Below, piece by piece: positions 8,831-19,157 of a stretch of DNA of 64,000 nucleotides (its first letter is position 1; each line of letters starts with the position of its first letter). Below the pieces are notes generated by a model that saw nothing but the letters and a program-made list of their open reading frames with translations, had not been told where the DNA came from and did no database searches. The stretch covers positions 16,037 through 80,036 of the forward strand of contig PDPI01000023.1 of assembly GCA_002746565.1 (NCBI GenBank). Reading direction: 5' to 3'. This stretch comes from Pseudomonadota bacterium. GTDB lineage: Bacteria > Campylobacterota > Campylobacteria > Campylobacterales > Campylobacteraceae. The translations under genes and the position numbers were made by a program.

Positions 8831-9394
8831 TTACTTTGCCTTTTCTAGATATTCACCTTTAGCAGTATCTACTCTTATAACTTCACCCTCTAAAACATGA
8901 AAAGGAACTTGAACCACGGCTCCACTTTCTAGGGTGGCTGGTTTTTTACCGCCCTGGGAATCGCCTTTGAAATTTGGAGGAGTTTCTACTATTTTTAGAT
9001 CAACCACCGCTGGAACTTCCACATCGATAGCATTTCCATTGTGAAATAAAATATCAACCATCATACCATCTATCATCCACTTCTCAACCTCACCCACATC
9101 ATCATGGGATAGTCCTATTTGCTCATAACTTGTTGTGTCCATAAACTGAAAAAATTCCCCATCATCATAGAGGTATTGCATCTGCTTTTGTTCTAGATTT
9201 GGTTGTTCGCACTTATCTCCTGCATGAAAGGTCTTCTCAACCACCTTGCCATTCATATAAGACTTTATCTTAACCCTAACAAAGGCTGCACCTTTTCCTG
9301 GTTTTACATGTTGATATTCAACTATCTTATAAGGAACTCCGTTTAACTCTATTTTTAAACCTTTTTTTAAATCTCCCATTGAATATGTTGCCAT
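8831..9394 (-). CDS. efp: elongation factor P
   Basis: 187 aa with the conserved [11 protein letters not shown] loop. Confidence 0.95.
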   Translation of the reverse strand: MATYSMGDLKKGLKIELNGVPYKIVEYQHVKPGKGAAFVRVKIKSYMNGKVVEKTFHAGDKCEQPNLEQKQMQYLYDDGEFFQFMDTTSYEQIGLSHDDVGEVEKWMIDGMMVDILFHNGNAIDVEVPAVVDLKIVETPPNFKGDSQGGKKPATLESGAVVQVPFHVLEGEVIRVDTAKGEYLEKAK

Positions 9395-9464
9395 TTTGCC
9401 TCCTAAAAAAATAAGCCCCTATTGTACCCAATGTAAATAAAAATAAAAATAAAAGTTGAAAAAT

Positions 9465-9473
9465 CCCCCCCCC
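9465..9473. repeat. homopolymeric C9 (G9 on the coding strand of the neighbouring genes) intergenic tract
   Basis: Nine consecutive C in a low-GC (AT-rich) window, lying between the DASS transporter stop (9482) and the efp promoter region. Confidence 0.9.
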
Positions 9474-9481
9474 TTATGTGA

Positions 9482-10945
9482 TTAAAGATGTGGATATATA
9501 AAATCAATCCAAGGTATGCCAATTATGACGAAAATAAATAGATAAATAATACCAAATATAGCTCCTAATCTCCAAAAATCAGGCCCTTTGATATAATGAC
9601 TTGCAAACCATACGGGACTATGTCCAGTTGCATAGGGGGTTAAAACTCCCATTAAACCCATTGGTAAAAGCAAAATTAGCATAACCTTACTAGGATCAAT
9701 CCCAGGAATACCTTGCAAAAGAACAGCAAAAAGTCCCACAACTGCCGTAGTATAAGCTGTACCTGAAGCAAAGAAATATCTTAGGGCTGAAAATGCTATG
9801 AGCAAACCGATAATTACCACATTTGTATCCAAACTCTTAACATAATCTCCACTCATTCCCGCTAACCAAGCCAAAAATCCAACATTTTTAAGACCTCCTG
9901 CCATGGTAACTAAGGTTCCAAACCAAACAAGCACATTCCATGCTCCTTTATTGCTTAGAAAATCACTCCATTTTATAACATGTGTTGCTATCATCAATAT
10001 CACAACCATAAAAGCTGTGGTGGTAGAGTGAATGCCAAAATACTTACCTCCTATCCAAAAGACAAGAGCAAATAAAGATATAAGAAGCATTGAAAGCTCA
10101 ACGCCTTTCATCTTGCCTAGATTTTTATACTCTTCCTTTGCCCAAAGGGCTATTTTTTCAGATTTTTTTATCTCTGGTGGATAGATGATGTAGGCAAGTA
10201 GGGGCGTTAGTAAAAACAACACTATTCCCACTGGCAAAAACGCTAAAAACCAACCAGCCCAGCCTACCACTGGAGTACCTGCTTTGGCAGCAAGTTCAGC
10301 AGCAAGGGGATTTGGTGCTTGTCCTGTTAAAAATACCGAACTGGTTACACAAGTTGCCGCTAATGCTGTCCATGCTAGGTAAGAGCCTATTTTTCGTGCA
10401 TCTTTTTCTGGATAGCTTCCAAACATGGGTGGAATACTAGTTATAATAGGATATAAAATTCCTCCACTTCTAGCGGCATTACTAGGAACAAATGGCGATA
10501 AGATACCATCACTTATGGCTATTGCATAGCCCAGTCCAAGGGTGGATTTGCCGATTTTGCTAACGAGAAAAAGTGCTATTCTTTTTCCTAAGCCGCTTTT
10601 TTGATACCCAAGACCTATCATGAAAGCTACAAAGATAAGCCAAACGACCGAATTTGAAAAGCCACTAAGTCCCCACTTTAGGGCCTTTCCTCCCGATATG
10701 ACAAGATCATCTTTTCCAGATCCAACCGGACCAACCTTTAGTAAAACTGCCGTAGTTATGGCTATAACACCTATAAATGCGGGCGGAATGGGCTCTAGTA
10801 TTAGCCCAACGATTAGGGCGGCAAATATACTTGCATATATCCAAGCATTAAGGCTTAATTGGGCTGGAGTAGGAAGAAAAAATACTGCCAAGCCAACAAC
10901 AATCGGTACAATCAATTTGATTTTGTTTGCATCTTGAAAAACCAT
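9482..10945 (-). CDS. DASS-family anion/dicarboxylate:Na+ symporter (CitT/TtdT-like)
   Basis: 487 aa polytopic protein with a SNAARSGG hairpin-type motif typical of DASS carriers. Confidence 0.8.
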   Translation of the reverse strand: MVFQDANKIKLIVPIVVGLAVFFLPTPAQLSLNAWIYASIFAALIVGLILEPIPPAFIGVIAITTAVLLKVGPVGSGKDDLVISGGKALKWGLSGFSNSVVWLIFVAFMIGLGYQKSGLGKRIALFLVSKIGKSTLGLGYAIAISDGILSPFVPSNAARSGGILYPIITSIPPMFGSYPEKDARKIGSYLAWTALAATCVTSSVFLTGQAPNPLAAELAAKAGTPVVGWAGWFLAFLPVGIVLFLLTPLLAYIIYPPEIKKSEKIALWAKEEYKNLGKMKGVELSMLLISLFALVFWIGGKYFGIHSTTTAFMVVILMIATHVIKWSDFLSNKGAWNVLVWFGTLVTMAGGLKNVGFLAWLAGMSGDYVKSLDTNVVIIGLLIAFSALRYFFASGTAYTTAVVGLFAVLLQGIPGIDPSKVMLILLLPMGLMGVLTPYATGHSPVWFASHYIKGPDFWRLGAIFGIIYLFIFVIIGIPWIDFIYPHL

Positions 10946-11160
10946 GTCAACTCCTTTATTGGTTATTATACAATTATATTATAATAATTATAAGAAAAAG
11001 ATAAAATTATCTATGAAAAATCATGGATAAATCATTGAAATAATCCATATAAAATGAATAAAAAATATAAAATATAGCTTTAAAATTTACAACATATTTG
11101 GTATAAAAAATATAGAGAAGAAAAACTTTTATTAAAAGGTGAAAAATTTATTACATAAAG

Positions 11161-11274
11161 GGCGCTAAGTAAATAACATAAAAAGGCATTTTGTGAAAAT
11201 GCTTACCTTACTAGTTATCTGTTTTCTGTAATCCGTTTTCAGCATTGACCAAATCCCCACTTAGTCAGTGCCAT
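11161..11274 (-). mobile_element. dispersed structured element, copy 3 (full length, flanked by a perfect 6-bp direct repeat)
   Basis: The reverse complement reads AT-GGCACTGACTAAGT-GGGG-ATTTGGTCAATGCT, then 4 heptamers and GCATTTT-CAC-AAAATGC. ATAAAG occurs at 11155-11160 and again at 11275-11280. Confidence 0.85.
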
Positions 11275-11310
11275 ATAAAGATAATCCATGGAAATGAAAA
11301 TTTCCATGGA
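11275..11310 (-). terminator. intrinsic terminator downstream of serA
   Basis: Perfect 11-bp stem TCCATGGAAAT/ATTTCCATGGA (11285-11295 / 11300-11310) with a 4-nt loop, followed on the minus strand by TTATCTTTAT. Confidence 0.6.
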
Positions 11311-11319
11311 CAGATTGTT

Positions 11320-12900
11320 TTAAAGAACCGCGTATGAAGCCCAAAGGCAAGTTGGTAATTCTTTTAATTTTTTTATGATTTTTTTGTCTATGGGATTATC
11401 GACCAAAATGACAGCTAAGGCATTGTTTTGGTTTTTATTTCTTCCTAGTCTAAAGTCGGCTATGTTGATGTTTTCCTTTGCTAGGATGGAGCTAATGCTC
11501 ATGATAACACCTGGAACGTCATTGTTTTTGAAAACTATCATTTTACCACTTGGTTTGAAGTCTGTTTCAAAGTCGTTGATTTTTACTATCCTTTGTTCAT
11601 CTTCATTAAAAACCGTTCCATTTATGGTTATGGTTTCAAGCTCTGTTATTATACTAACTTTTATTAGGTTTTTATAATCACTAGATGCTAAGGATTTTGT
11701 TTGGGTTTTGATACCCTTTTCTTTGGCTATAAATTTTGCATTTACATAATTTAGATTATCCCCTAAACTCTCGCTCAAAGCTCCAACTAGGGCAAAGGTT
11801 AGCATGGGTTTTATATATTCGCTAATCTCTCCGCTAGCTTCTAGGGTGATATTTGTAATGGGGGCTTTGTTTATCTGGGCACCTAGATTTGCCATCTTTT
11901 GGGTAAGTTCTATATAGGCTGGGGCAAATTCTGGCAAATCTTCTAGTTTCAAAGGTAAGTTTAGGGCGTTTGGATAACTTTTTCCTTTTAAAGCTTGAAT
12001 TAGCTGACTAGCTGCACTTGTGGCGATTTTTTCTTGGCTTTCCAGGGTATTTGCTCCTAGATGGGGAGTTACTATAACGTTATCAAGATCTAAAAAGGGA
12101 TGATCGGTGGCTGGTTCTTTATCAAAAACATCTATGCCAAGATAGGCGATTTTTTTGCTTTTTAGATTTTTTACTAAAGCTTTTTCATTGTAAAGCCCGC
12201 CCCTAGCGCAATTTACCAATCTCACCCCATCTTTCATCTTGGATATTTCTTCTTCATCTATCATATTGATAGTTTCTTTATTTTTGGGAGTGTGGATGGT
12301 TATAAAATCACAAGCTAGAATATCATCAAAATTTTTGGTATATCTCATACCTAAATCGGTTACCTTTGAAGATGGGATGTAAGGATCATAAGCTATTATA
12401 TCCATACCAAAGGCTTTGGCTCTGATGGCAACTCTGCTTCCTATATTTCCAAAACCGATAACTCCTAATTTTTTTTGGTTTAGCTCAACCCCATACCAAG
12501 CCTCCCTTTTCCAAACCCTATCTTGTTTTAGGTTATTGTGGGCATAGGGAAAACTTCTTGCAACACCTAGTAAGTGAGCCATGGTAAGCTCAACCGCAGC
12601 TATGGTGTTTGCCGTTGGAACATTCATCAAAACAACGCCTTTTTTACTACATGCATCAATATCCACATTATCCACACCAACTCCAGCCCTAACTATGGCT
12701 TTTAGTTTAGATCCAGCTTCCAAAAATTTATCATCCACATCGGTTGAGCTTCTTGTGATAACCCCATCGGCTTCTTTTATGGTTTTTAAAAGTTCATCTT
12801 TATTTACCTTTGAAGCATCTATTAGATGGATATCATCTTCGCCTCTTAACAATTCAAATCCGCTTTCATGAATAGCATCACATACTACAACGGTTCTCAT
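11320..12900 (-). CDS. serA: D-3-phosphoglycerate dehydrogenase (long form with ACT domain)
   Basis: 526 aa with NAD-binding GVIGFGNIGSRVA and the D-2-hydroxyacid dehydrogenase signature. Confidence 0.95.
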   Translation of the reverse strand: MRTVVVCDAIHESGFELLRGEDDIHLIDASKVNKDELLKTIKEADGVITRSSTDVDDKFLEAGSKLKAIVRAGVGVDNVDIDACSKKGVVLMNVPTANTIAAVELTMAHLLGVARSFPYAHNNLKQDRVWKREAWYGVELNQKKLGVIGFGNIGSRVAIRAKAFGMDIIAYDPYIPSSKVTDLGMRYTKNFDDILACDFITIHTPKNKETINMIDEEEISKMKDGVRLVNCARGGLYNEKALVKNLKSKKIAYLGIDVFDKEPATDHPFLDLDNVIVTPHLGANTLESQEKIATSAASQLIQALKGKSYPNALNLPLKLEDLPEFAPAYIELTQKMANLGAQINKAPITNITLEASGEISEYIKPMLTFALVGALSESLGDNLNYVNAKFIAKEKGIKTQTKSLASSDYKNLIKVSIITELETITINGTVFNEDEQRIVKINDFETDFKPSGKMIVFKNNDVPGVIMSISSILAKENINIADFRLGRNKNQNNALAVILVDNPIDKKIIKKLKELPTCLWASYAVL

Positions 12901-12937
12901 ATAAATACCTTTTTGATTTTTTAATGTTTATGCATAC

Positions 12938-12981
12938 AAAAAAAGCTATTTAAACCATATAAAATGGTAAAAATAGCTTTT
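12938..12981 (-). terminator. intrinsic terminator downstream of rpsA
   Basis: Long interrupted hairpin AAAGCTATTT..ACCAT-ataaa-ATGGT..AAATAGCTTT, followed by a T run on the minus strand. Confidence 0.55.
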
Positions 12982-12985
12982 GGTT

Positions 12986-14653
12986 TTATTTAAGTTGGTC
13001 TTTTATGATGTCCCCAAGGGTCATTTTTTCTTCTTTGTTGATCTCTTCGAGAACTTTTCTGTCTTTTATCTTTGACATTTTTTTAACAGATAGTCTAATT
13101 CTACTCTTTTTATCGTCGATGAAAAGTATGGCTGATTCGATCTCATCTCCCACACTTAACTCTTCCACATCAACTTGACCTAGATCTTCTACTCTTATAA
13201 GGGCATCAACATTTTTATCAAGTTCCACAAAAACACCAAAATCTTTTATATCCCTTATCTTTCCAACTACTATATCACCATTTTTGTGAGATAGGGCATA
13301 AACTTGTATAGGGCTTTGTTCTAAAACCTTCTTGCTGAGTGAGAGTTTTTCATTTTCTGGATCTAGTTTAATAATCTTAACCTCAATCTCATCTCCAACT
13401 TTTAAAAAATCTTTACACTTATCTTCTCTGTTCCAAGAGGCATCCTCGTTGTGCAAAAGACCCTCAACAGAATCTATACGAACAAAGGCACCAAATTTGG
13501 TAACGGTAGTTATTTTTCCCTTTACAACATCGCCTGCTTTATATTTGGATGAAAACTCTTCAAATGGTTTGGGTAAAAGTTGCTTTAAAGAAACCCTCAA
13601 ACGTCTTGCATCTAGATCCAATTCTATAACTTCAACATTTAAAACTTGATTTTCTTCTATGAGTTCCCTTGGATGATTAATGCTTTTATCCCAAGAAATT
13701 TCACTTATATGTAAAAATCCCTCTATATCATTTCCCAGATCAACAAAGGCACCATAGGGTTCTATATTGCTAACAGTTACCTCTATGGCATCTCCCACAT
13801 CTAGGGCGTCTTTGATTTCTTTCCATGGGTCTGGCATTGCTGCTTTGATAGAAAGGGAAAGATGTCTTTTCTCATTGTCATATTTGATAGCTTTAACGGG
13901 AACTAGATCACCTTCTTTATAAAGAGTGCCTGGATTTACAGGACCTTTATAGCTTATCTCGCTATAATGAACCAATCCATCAACTCCACCGATATCAACA
14001 AACATGCCATAAGTTGTTATCTTTTTTACAACACCCTCAACCACTTCGTCGCGATCTAATAATTCACGGATAATTTCGCGACGCTTTTTACGTTCTTCAT
14101 CGAGAATCTTCTTTCTTGAAACTAAGACCGATTGATTTTCTTTATCAACTTTGATGACAGAAACTTTTATATTTTTACCTATAAGGGAGTTCACATCTCT
14201 AACCGCAGCTTGGCTTCTGGGCATGAAAAACTCTATTCCATCGCTGTTTTCAACTATAAATCCGCCTCTATTTTTACCAACAACTTTCACATCGATGAGT
14301 TTTTCCTCATCATCAAATTCATCGATAAATTTCTTGATTTTTTCTTTGCGAATCGCCTTTTTATAAGAAACATTTGGACGTTCATTGTGATAACCGGTTA
14401 TTAAAACCTTGATAGTATCACCTTTGTTGTAGATAAGATTTCCATCTGCATCTTTGATCTCAGAAAGATACAGCCTTCCTTCGGATTTTTTACCCACATC
14501 GATCAAAGCAGCATCATCTTTAATCTCCACTATAACGCCCTCAACTAGCGCATCTTTTTCAGTCTCTTTAAAAGACTCCTCCAACATTGTAGCAAAATCC
14601 ATCTCTTCTTCGTTTGCTAACTCATTTTGAACATTTTTGTTCACCTCAGCCAT
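12986..14653 (-). CDS. rpsA: 30S ribosomal protein S1
   Basis: 555 aa with six S1 domains (repeated G.V..I..fGaFV patterns). Confidence 0.95.
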   Translation of the reverse strand: MAEVNKNVQNELANEEEMDFATMLEESFKETEKDALVEGVIVEIKDDAALIDVGKKSEGRLYLSEIKDADGNLIYNKGDTIKVLITGYHNERPNVSYKKAIRKEKIKKFIDEFDDEEKLIDVKVVGKNRGGFIVENSDGIEFFMPRSQAAVRDVNSLIGKNIKVSVIKVDKENQSVLVSRKKILDEERKKRREIIRELLDRDEVVEGVVKKITTYGMFVDIGGVDGLVHYSEISYKGPVNPGTLYKEGDLVPVKAIKYDNEKRHLSLSIKAAMPDPWKEIKDALDVGDAIEVTVSNIEPYGAFVDLGNDIEGFLHISEISWDKSINHPRELIEENQVLNVEVIELDLDARRLRVSLKQLLPKPFEEFSSKYKAGDVVKGKITTVTKFGAFVRIDSVEGLLHNEDASWNREDKCKDFLKVGDEIEVKIIKLDPENEKLSLSKKVLEQSPIQVYALSHKNGDIVVGKIRDIKDFGVFVELDKNVDALIRVEDLGQVDVEELSVGDEIESAILFIDDKKSRIRLSVKKMSKIKDRKVLEEINKEEKMTLGDIIKDQLK

Positions 14654-14722
14654 TGCGGTCCTTTTTTGTGATTTTGTTATTATCTTTCAACAATTTTTAT
14701 GAAAAAAAATGAAGATTCATTA

Positions 14723-15553
14723 TTATACTTTAATTTTGCTTATTTTTGCAACTATTTTTTCAATAATCCAATCTGGAGTTGAGGCTCCAGCAGTAACTCC
14801 ACATTTTTTTTTGCCCTCAAACCACGTTTTTTCAAGCTCTTTTTCATTTTCAATTAAATAAGAATTTTTGCAAAATTCTTTTGAAATTATATATAATTGC
14901 TTTGTATTTGAAGAGTTTTTTCCACCTATTATTATCATGATATCTGATTTTTTTGCCAAATTTGCCGTTGCATCTTGGTTTTCAAAGGTTGCATTGCAAA
15001 TGGTATTAAAAACCCTGACTTCTTTGCAAGTGGATACTAATTTTTTGACTATTTTTATAAATTCTTCAAACTTTCTAGTGGTTTGAGAAACCACCGCTAT
15101 CTTTGAGCGATTTGGAATTTTATCTAGATCATCAACATTCAAAACAACGTAAACATCCCCTTTGGCATAACTTTTTACTCCCTTTACTTCTGGGTGTTTT
15201 TCATCGCCAAATATTACAACCGTGTAGCCTTGATTGCTCATATCTTCACATATTTTTTGAGGCTTTGTAACGTAAGGGCAAGTGGCATCTATTATTTTCA
15301 CATTTTTTGCTTTTAATTTTTCAAAATCACCCTTTGTAATGCCATGGGTTCTTATGATTGCTTTTTCATTTTCTTTTATGGTGCTAATGTCATTTAGGGT
15401 TGTTACATTGAAATTATCTTTTAATCTTTTAATCTCTTCATTATTGTGGATCAGCGGACCCGTGGTGGAGGCATTTGGGCTATTTTGGGCTATTTTTATG
15501 GCTCTTTTTACCCCAAAACAAAATCCATATTTTTTAGCTAATTCTATTTGCAT
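14723..15553 (-). CDS. ispH: 4-hydroxy-3-methylbut-2-enyl diphosphate reductase
   Basis: 276 aa with N-terminal GFCFGVKRAI and conserved Cys residues. Confidence 0.95.
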   Translation of the reverse strand: MQIELAKKYGFCFGVKRAIKIAQNSPNASTTGPLIHNNEEIKRLKDNFNVTTLNDISTIKENEKAIIRTHGITKGDFEKLKAKNVKIIDATCPYVTKPQKICEDMSNQGYTVVIFGDEKHPEVKGVKSYAKGDVYVVLNVDDLDKIPNRSKIAVVSQTTRKFEEFIKIVKKLVSTCKEVRVFNTICNATFENQDATANLAKKSDIMIIIGGKNSSNTKQLYIISKEFCKNSYLIENEKELEKTWFEGKKKCGVTAGASTPDWIIEKIVAKISKIKV

Positions 15554-16824
15554 TTAGCTCCAAGATCTTTAAGTAAATTTAAAAAATTTGGAAAAGAGGT
15601 GTTAATGCATTCGCAATCCTCAACCTCCATGCCGCATCTAAGTCCTGCTATGATAAAGCTCATAGCAATTCTATGATCCCCATAACTTTTAACTTTTGCA
15701 CCCTTTAACTCTCCGCCGATTACTTCAAATCCATCTTCAAATTCATTTACCTCTATGCCACATTTTCGTAAATTTTCCACAACGGAGCTTATCCTATCAC
15801 TCTCTTTTACCCTAAGCTCCTTTGCATTTTTTACCACACTTTTTCCATTCGCTATGGCAAAGGCTAAAGACAAAGCTGGAATTTCATCTATGAGCCATGA
15901 GATATTTTTGCTAACTTCAACACCCTTTAAGGAAGAGTGTTTTATGACTATATCTCCCACCTCATCATACAAATCTTCTTTTTTTATAAATTTTATATCT
16001 AAACCCATTTTTTGTAAGATCTTATAGGCTTCTATTCTGGTTTTATTTAAAAGTATGTTTTTTAAAACTATGCTAGAATTTGGTATCAGGGCAACCAAAA
16101 CCGCAAAGAAAAATCCACTTGATGGGTCGGCTGGAACTCTTATATCAAGGGGTTTTAAAGGGTTTTTTTGGGGATAGATACCAAGAAATTCCCCCTCTTG
16201 TTCTATCCTAGCTCCCATTCCCCTTAACATTCTCTCACTATGGTCTCGGCTAAGTTCGTGTTCTTTGTAAAGACTTTTTTCATCCAAATCAAGGGCAGCT
16301 AAAATCATAGCACTTTTCACCTGGGCTGAGGGTATTTTACTCTCATACTTAAAAGCTTTTAACTTTTTTCCTTGGATGCAGATTGGGGAAAAATTTCCAT
16401 CATCTCTACCATTTATATTTGCTCCAATTTTCCTCAAAGGAATGCTTATCCTCTTCATTGGACGATTTGCTAGGTATCTATCCCCATGCAAAACAAATGA
16501 ACCTTTTTTGGTGGATAAAAAACCCATCAAAAGCCTCATGGCGGTTCCGGAATTTGTACAATCTAAAATATCATCGGGCTCTTTGATATTTTTTGGTGGA
16601 GTGATGATGATCTTATCTTCTTTTTTTTCAACCTTTGCCCCTAATTGACCTACAATTTTAAGGGTACTTAGGGTATCTTCGGCTTGCAAAAAGTTTCTAA
16701 CCTTTGTTGGCTTATCACTAAGAAGAGAGAAAATAGCAGCCCGGTGGGAGATGGATTTATCAGCAGCTATATCGCTTATACTGCCATCAAAACTCCCAAT
16801 TGGGCTTACTTTTAAGTTTTTCAT
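15544..16824 (-). CDS. aroA: 3-phosphoshikimate 1-carboxyvinyltransferase (EPSP synthase)
   Basis: 426 aa with the motifs KSISHRA and NSGTAMRLL. Overlaps ispH by 10 nt. Confidence 0.95.
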   Translation of the reverse strand: MKNLKVSPIGSFDGSISDIAADKSISHRAAIFSLLSDKPTKVRNFLQAEDTLSTLKIVGQLGAKVEKKEDKIIITPPKNIKEPDDILDCTNSGTAMRLLMGFLSTKKGSFVLHGDRYLANRPMKRISIPLRKIGANINGRDDGNFSPICIQGKKLKAFKYESKIPSAQVKSAMILAALDLDEKSLYKEHELSRDHSERMLRGMGARIEQEGEFLGIYPQKNPLKPLDIRVPADPSSGFFFAVLVALIPNSSIVLKNILLNKTRIEAYKILQKMGLDIKFIKKEDLYDEVGDIVIKHSSLKGVEVSKNISWLIDEIPALSLAFAIANGKSVVKNAKELRVKESDRISSVVENLRKCGIEVNEFEDGFEVIGGELKGAKVKSYGDHRIAMSFIIAGLRCGMEVEDCECINTSFPNFLNLLKDLGAKCK

Positions 16825-19157
16825 CTTAATTTTATGCCCAGCTTGGCATCTAGATTTTTTAAGATCAAATCAATTATTTTATTTACCTGCTCATCCTCTA
16901 GGGTTTGCTTATCATCTTGGAAGATAAATTTCACACTCAAACTTACATTATCACCCAAATCATCGCTTTCAAATCTATCTATGGGGAAAAATTTAATTAG
17001 ATTTTTCTCTTTTACTGCGTCTATGCATTCTTTAACTTTTTTGTATTGCATATCTTGAGGAACTAACAAACTAAGCTCTCTGGATGAACTTGGAAATTTA
17101 GAATAAGCCTTGGCTATCTTTTCATCCCTTGGCAATTTGTCAAAATCAAGTTCGCATATATAAGTATTTAAGATACCATATTCATCCTCAACCTTTGCAT
17201 GAACCCTAGCCATAAAACCCACCACTTTACCATCTATCAAAACATTTGCATATTCATAGGGGCTAAAAAGTTTACTATCAGATTTTCCAGCTTCCAGGGA
17301 AAATTTGCCCAAGATAGAGCTTATCTTATATGCAAATCTCTCTAAGCTTACTAGGGGTAGTTTTCCATGATTTTCAACCCTTAAACCTTCATTTTGACCG
17401 CTCATAACCCAAGCTATTTTAGTGCTTTCTTCTCTTTTTTGGTTAAAAACCTTTCCTATCTCAAACAAGCAAACATTTTGCATGGAATTTTTTACGTTCA
17501 AACTAACCGCATCTAAAAGATGTAAACAAAGGGTTGAACGAAGGGTGTTTAATTCATTTGTAATTGGATTTGCTATATCTATCTTTGAATCTACTGCTTG
17601 TATAGAATATTTATCCATCTTTGCCTTATCATCAAAAACATAAGAAATACTCTCAAAAAATCCAGCTCCAACACTTTTTTGCCTTAAATCATATCGTTTT
17701 TTAAAATCCAAATAAGCCTTATTTTCTCTGGATTTTTCAGCAAATTTATAAGATTTTGGAGTGATATTGTCTATGCCGATAATCCTTACTATCTCTTCGC
17801 AAATATCTTGCATATCACTTACATCATGCCTATAAGGGGGAACTTTGATATAAAACATATCCTGATCAGTATTAAATGTAACATCAAAACCCAAAGCTTT
17901 TAATAGATTTATAGATTTATTTTTATCTATTTTCTCGCCTATTAAAGCTACGGCACTATCTAAGGAAAAGCTTATGCTTTTCTCTTTGAGATCGCAAAGG
18001 TGCTTTTGTGAGCCACCATATAAACTTATGCCATCTTCTTCTTTTAAAACATATCTAAGACATTTCATGCCAAATTCTAGATCAGGCTCACTTCCCCTAG
18101 AAGAGCGATAATAATGAAAATCACTATTTATCTTTTTATTTTTCATGCCAAGCCTTGATATAATCTCGGGCCTAACATAACTTGCCTCAATGATAAATCT
18201 TTTTGGTTTATTTGTTATTTTTGAACATTTATCTTGCTTATAACCCACATAAGATGCTAATCCATCTAGATCAAACACCCCATCAAAGCCCTCTTTGGTT
18301 TTTTTAACCACAACTTCAGCCTTTTCGCCCTTGGCAAATAGATCAAAATCGTAAGCCCTAAACAAAACTCCAGTACTATAAGTTGTATAGTTTAAAAAAC
18401 ATTCAATGGGATTTTTGTATTCAAATTCAACCAAACCTAGGCGAATTTGCATCAAAACATTTTCTTTAAAACTAGAATATTCAAGCGCCTTATATACAAA
18501 GGAACTATCAACCCTATCTTCTATCTGCAAACTTAAAATACGGCCTATTCCTAGCAGATGTTCATCCTCTTCGATATGGGGTAATTCTTTTAAATTTTTG
18601 CCAAGATAAGCGCTCAAATCCCTAGCAACCCCATGAATACTCAAACAATCTCCCCTGTTTGCAGTCAGTTCTAGATCGATCACATCATCATTTAGTTTTT
18701 CTATATTTGCTAGTTCCATCCCAAGTTTAAGTTTACCTAAGCTCTCATCAAGAACCATAATCCCATCATTTATCTTTGGAAGCCCTAGCTCACTTGAAGA
18801 GCAAATCATACCATTGCTTTGAACGCCACGCAATTTAGTAGGCTTAATCTCCAAACCATTTGGAAGTTTAGCACCACTTAATGCCACAGGGACTAACTGC
18901 CCTTTTGCGACATTTTTAGCCCCACAGACTATTTGTTGGATCTTGCCCCCAATATTTACTTGACAAACACTCAATTTATCAGCATCCGGATGGGGATCTT
19001 TTTCTTCAACCTTCCCAACTACTACATGTTTGGGCATCTTGTAACTAGTTAAACTATCTACCTCAAGACCTATGGAGTTAAAAACCTCACACAATCTTTT
19101 AACGCTAACACCGCTTATGTCTATCCATTCATTTAACCATTGTTTTGTTATTATCAT
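16821..19157 (-). CDS. pheT: phenylalanine--tRNA ligase beta subunit
   Basis: 778 aa with tRNA-binding, B3/4, B5 and FDX-ACB regions. Has 4-nt overlaps with both pheS and aroA. Confidence 0.95.
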   Translation of the reverse strand: MIITKQWLNEWIDISGVSVKRLCEVFNSIGLEVDSLTSYKMPKHVVVGKVEEKDPHPDADKLSVCQVNIGGKIQQIVCGAKNVAKGQLVPVALSGAKLPNGLEIKPTKLRGVQSNGMICSSSELGLPKINDGIMVLDESLGKLKLGMELANIEKLNDDVIDLELTANRGDCLSIHGVARDLSAYLGKNLKELPHIEEDEHLLGIGRILSLQIEDRVDSSFVYKALEYSSFKENVLMQIRLGLVEFEYKNPIECFLNYTTYSTGVLFRAYDFDLFAKGEKAEVVVKKTKEGFDGVFDLDGLASYVGYKQDKCSKITNKPKRFIIEASYVRPEIISRLGMKNKKINSDFHYYRSSRGSEPDLEFGMKCLRYVLKEEDGISLYGGSQKHLCDLKEKSISFSLDSAVALIGEKIDKNKSINLLKALGFDVTFNTDQDMFYIKVPPYRHDVSDMQDICEEIVRIIGIDNITPKSYKFAEKSRENKAYLDFKKRYDLRQKSVGAGFFESISYVFDDKAKMDKYSIQAVDSKIDIANPITNELNTLRSTLCLHLLDAVSLNVKNSMQNVCLFEIGKVFNQKREESTKIAWVMSGQNEGLRVENHGKLPLVSLERFAYKISSILGKFSLEAGKSDSKLFSPYEYANVLIDGKVVGFMARVHAKVEDEYGILNTYICELDFDKLPRDEKIAKAYSKFPSSSRELSLLVPQDMQYKKVKECIDAVKEKNLIKFFPIDRFESDDLGDNVSLSVKFIFQDDKQTLEDEQVNKIIDLILKNLDAKLGIKLR

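Noticed and set aside
8678-8836. 52-codon plus-strand ORF in the aapJ-efp spacer, and a short AT-rich match (about 8771-8795, GGCATGATAAAAATAAAC) to the tail of the dispersed element.
   Set aside because: The ORF has a poor RBS spacing and a low-complexity product, and it would overlap the efp stop. The repeat match is only about 15-18 nt of A/T-rich sequence, too short to distinguish from chance.
10946-11160. 215-nt extremely AT-rich spacer upstream of the DASS transporter gene, considered as a possible sRNA or riboswitch.
   Set aside because: No conserved stem-loops, terminator or recognisable riboswitch core were seen. It looks like ordinary AT-rich promoter or UP-element DNA.
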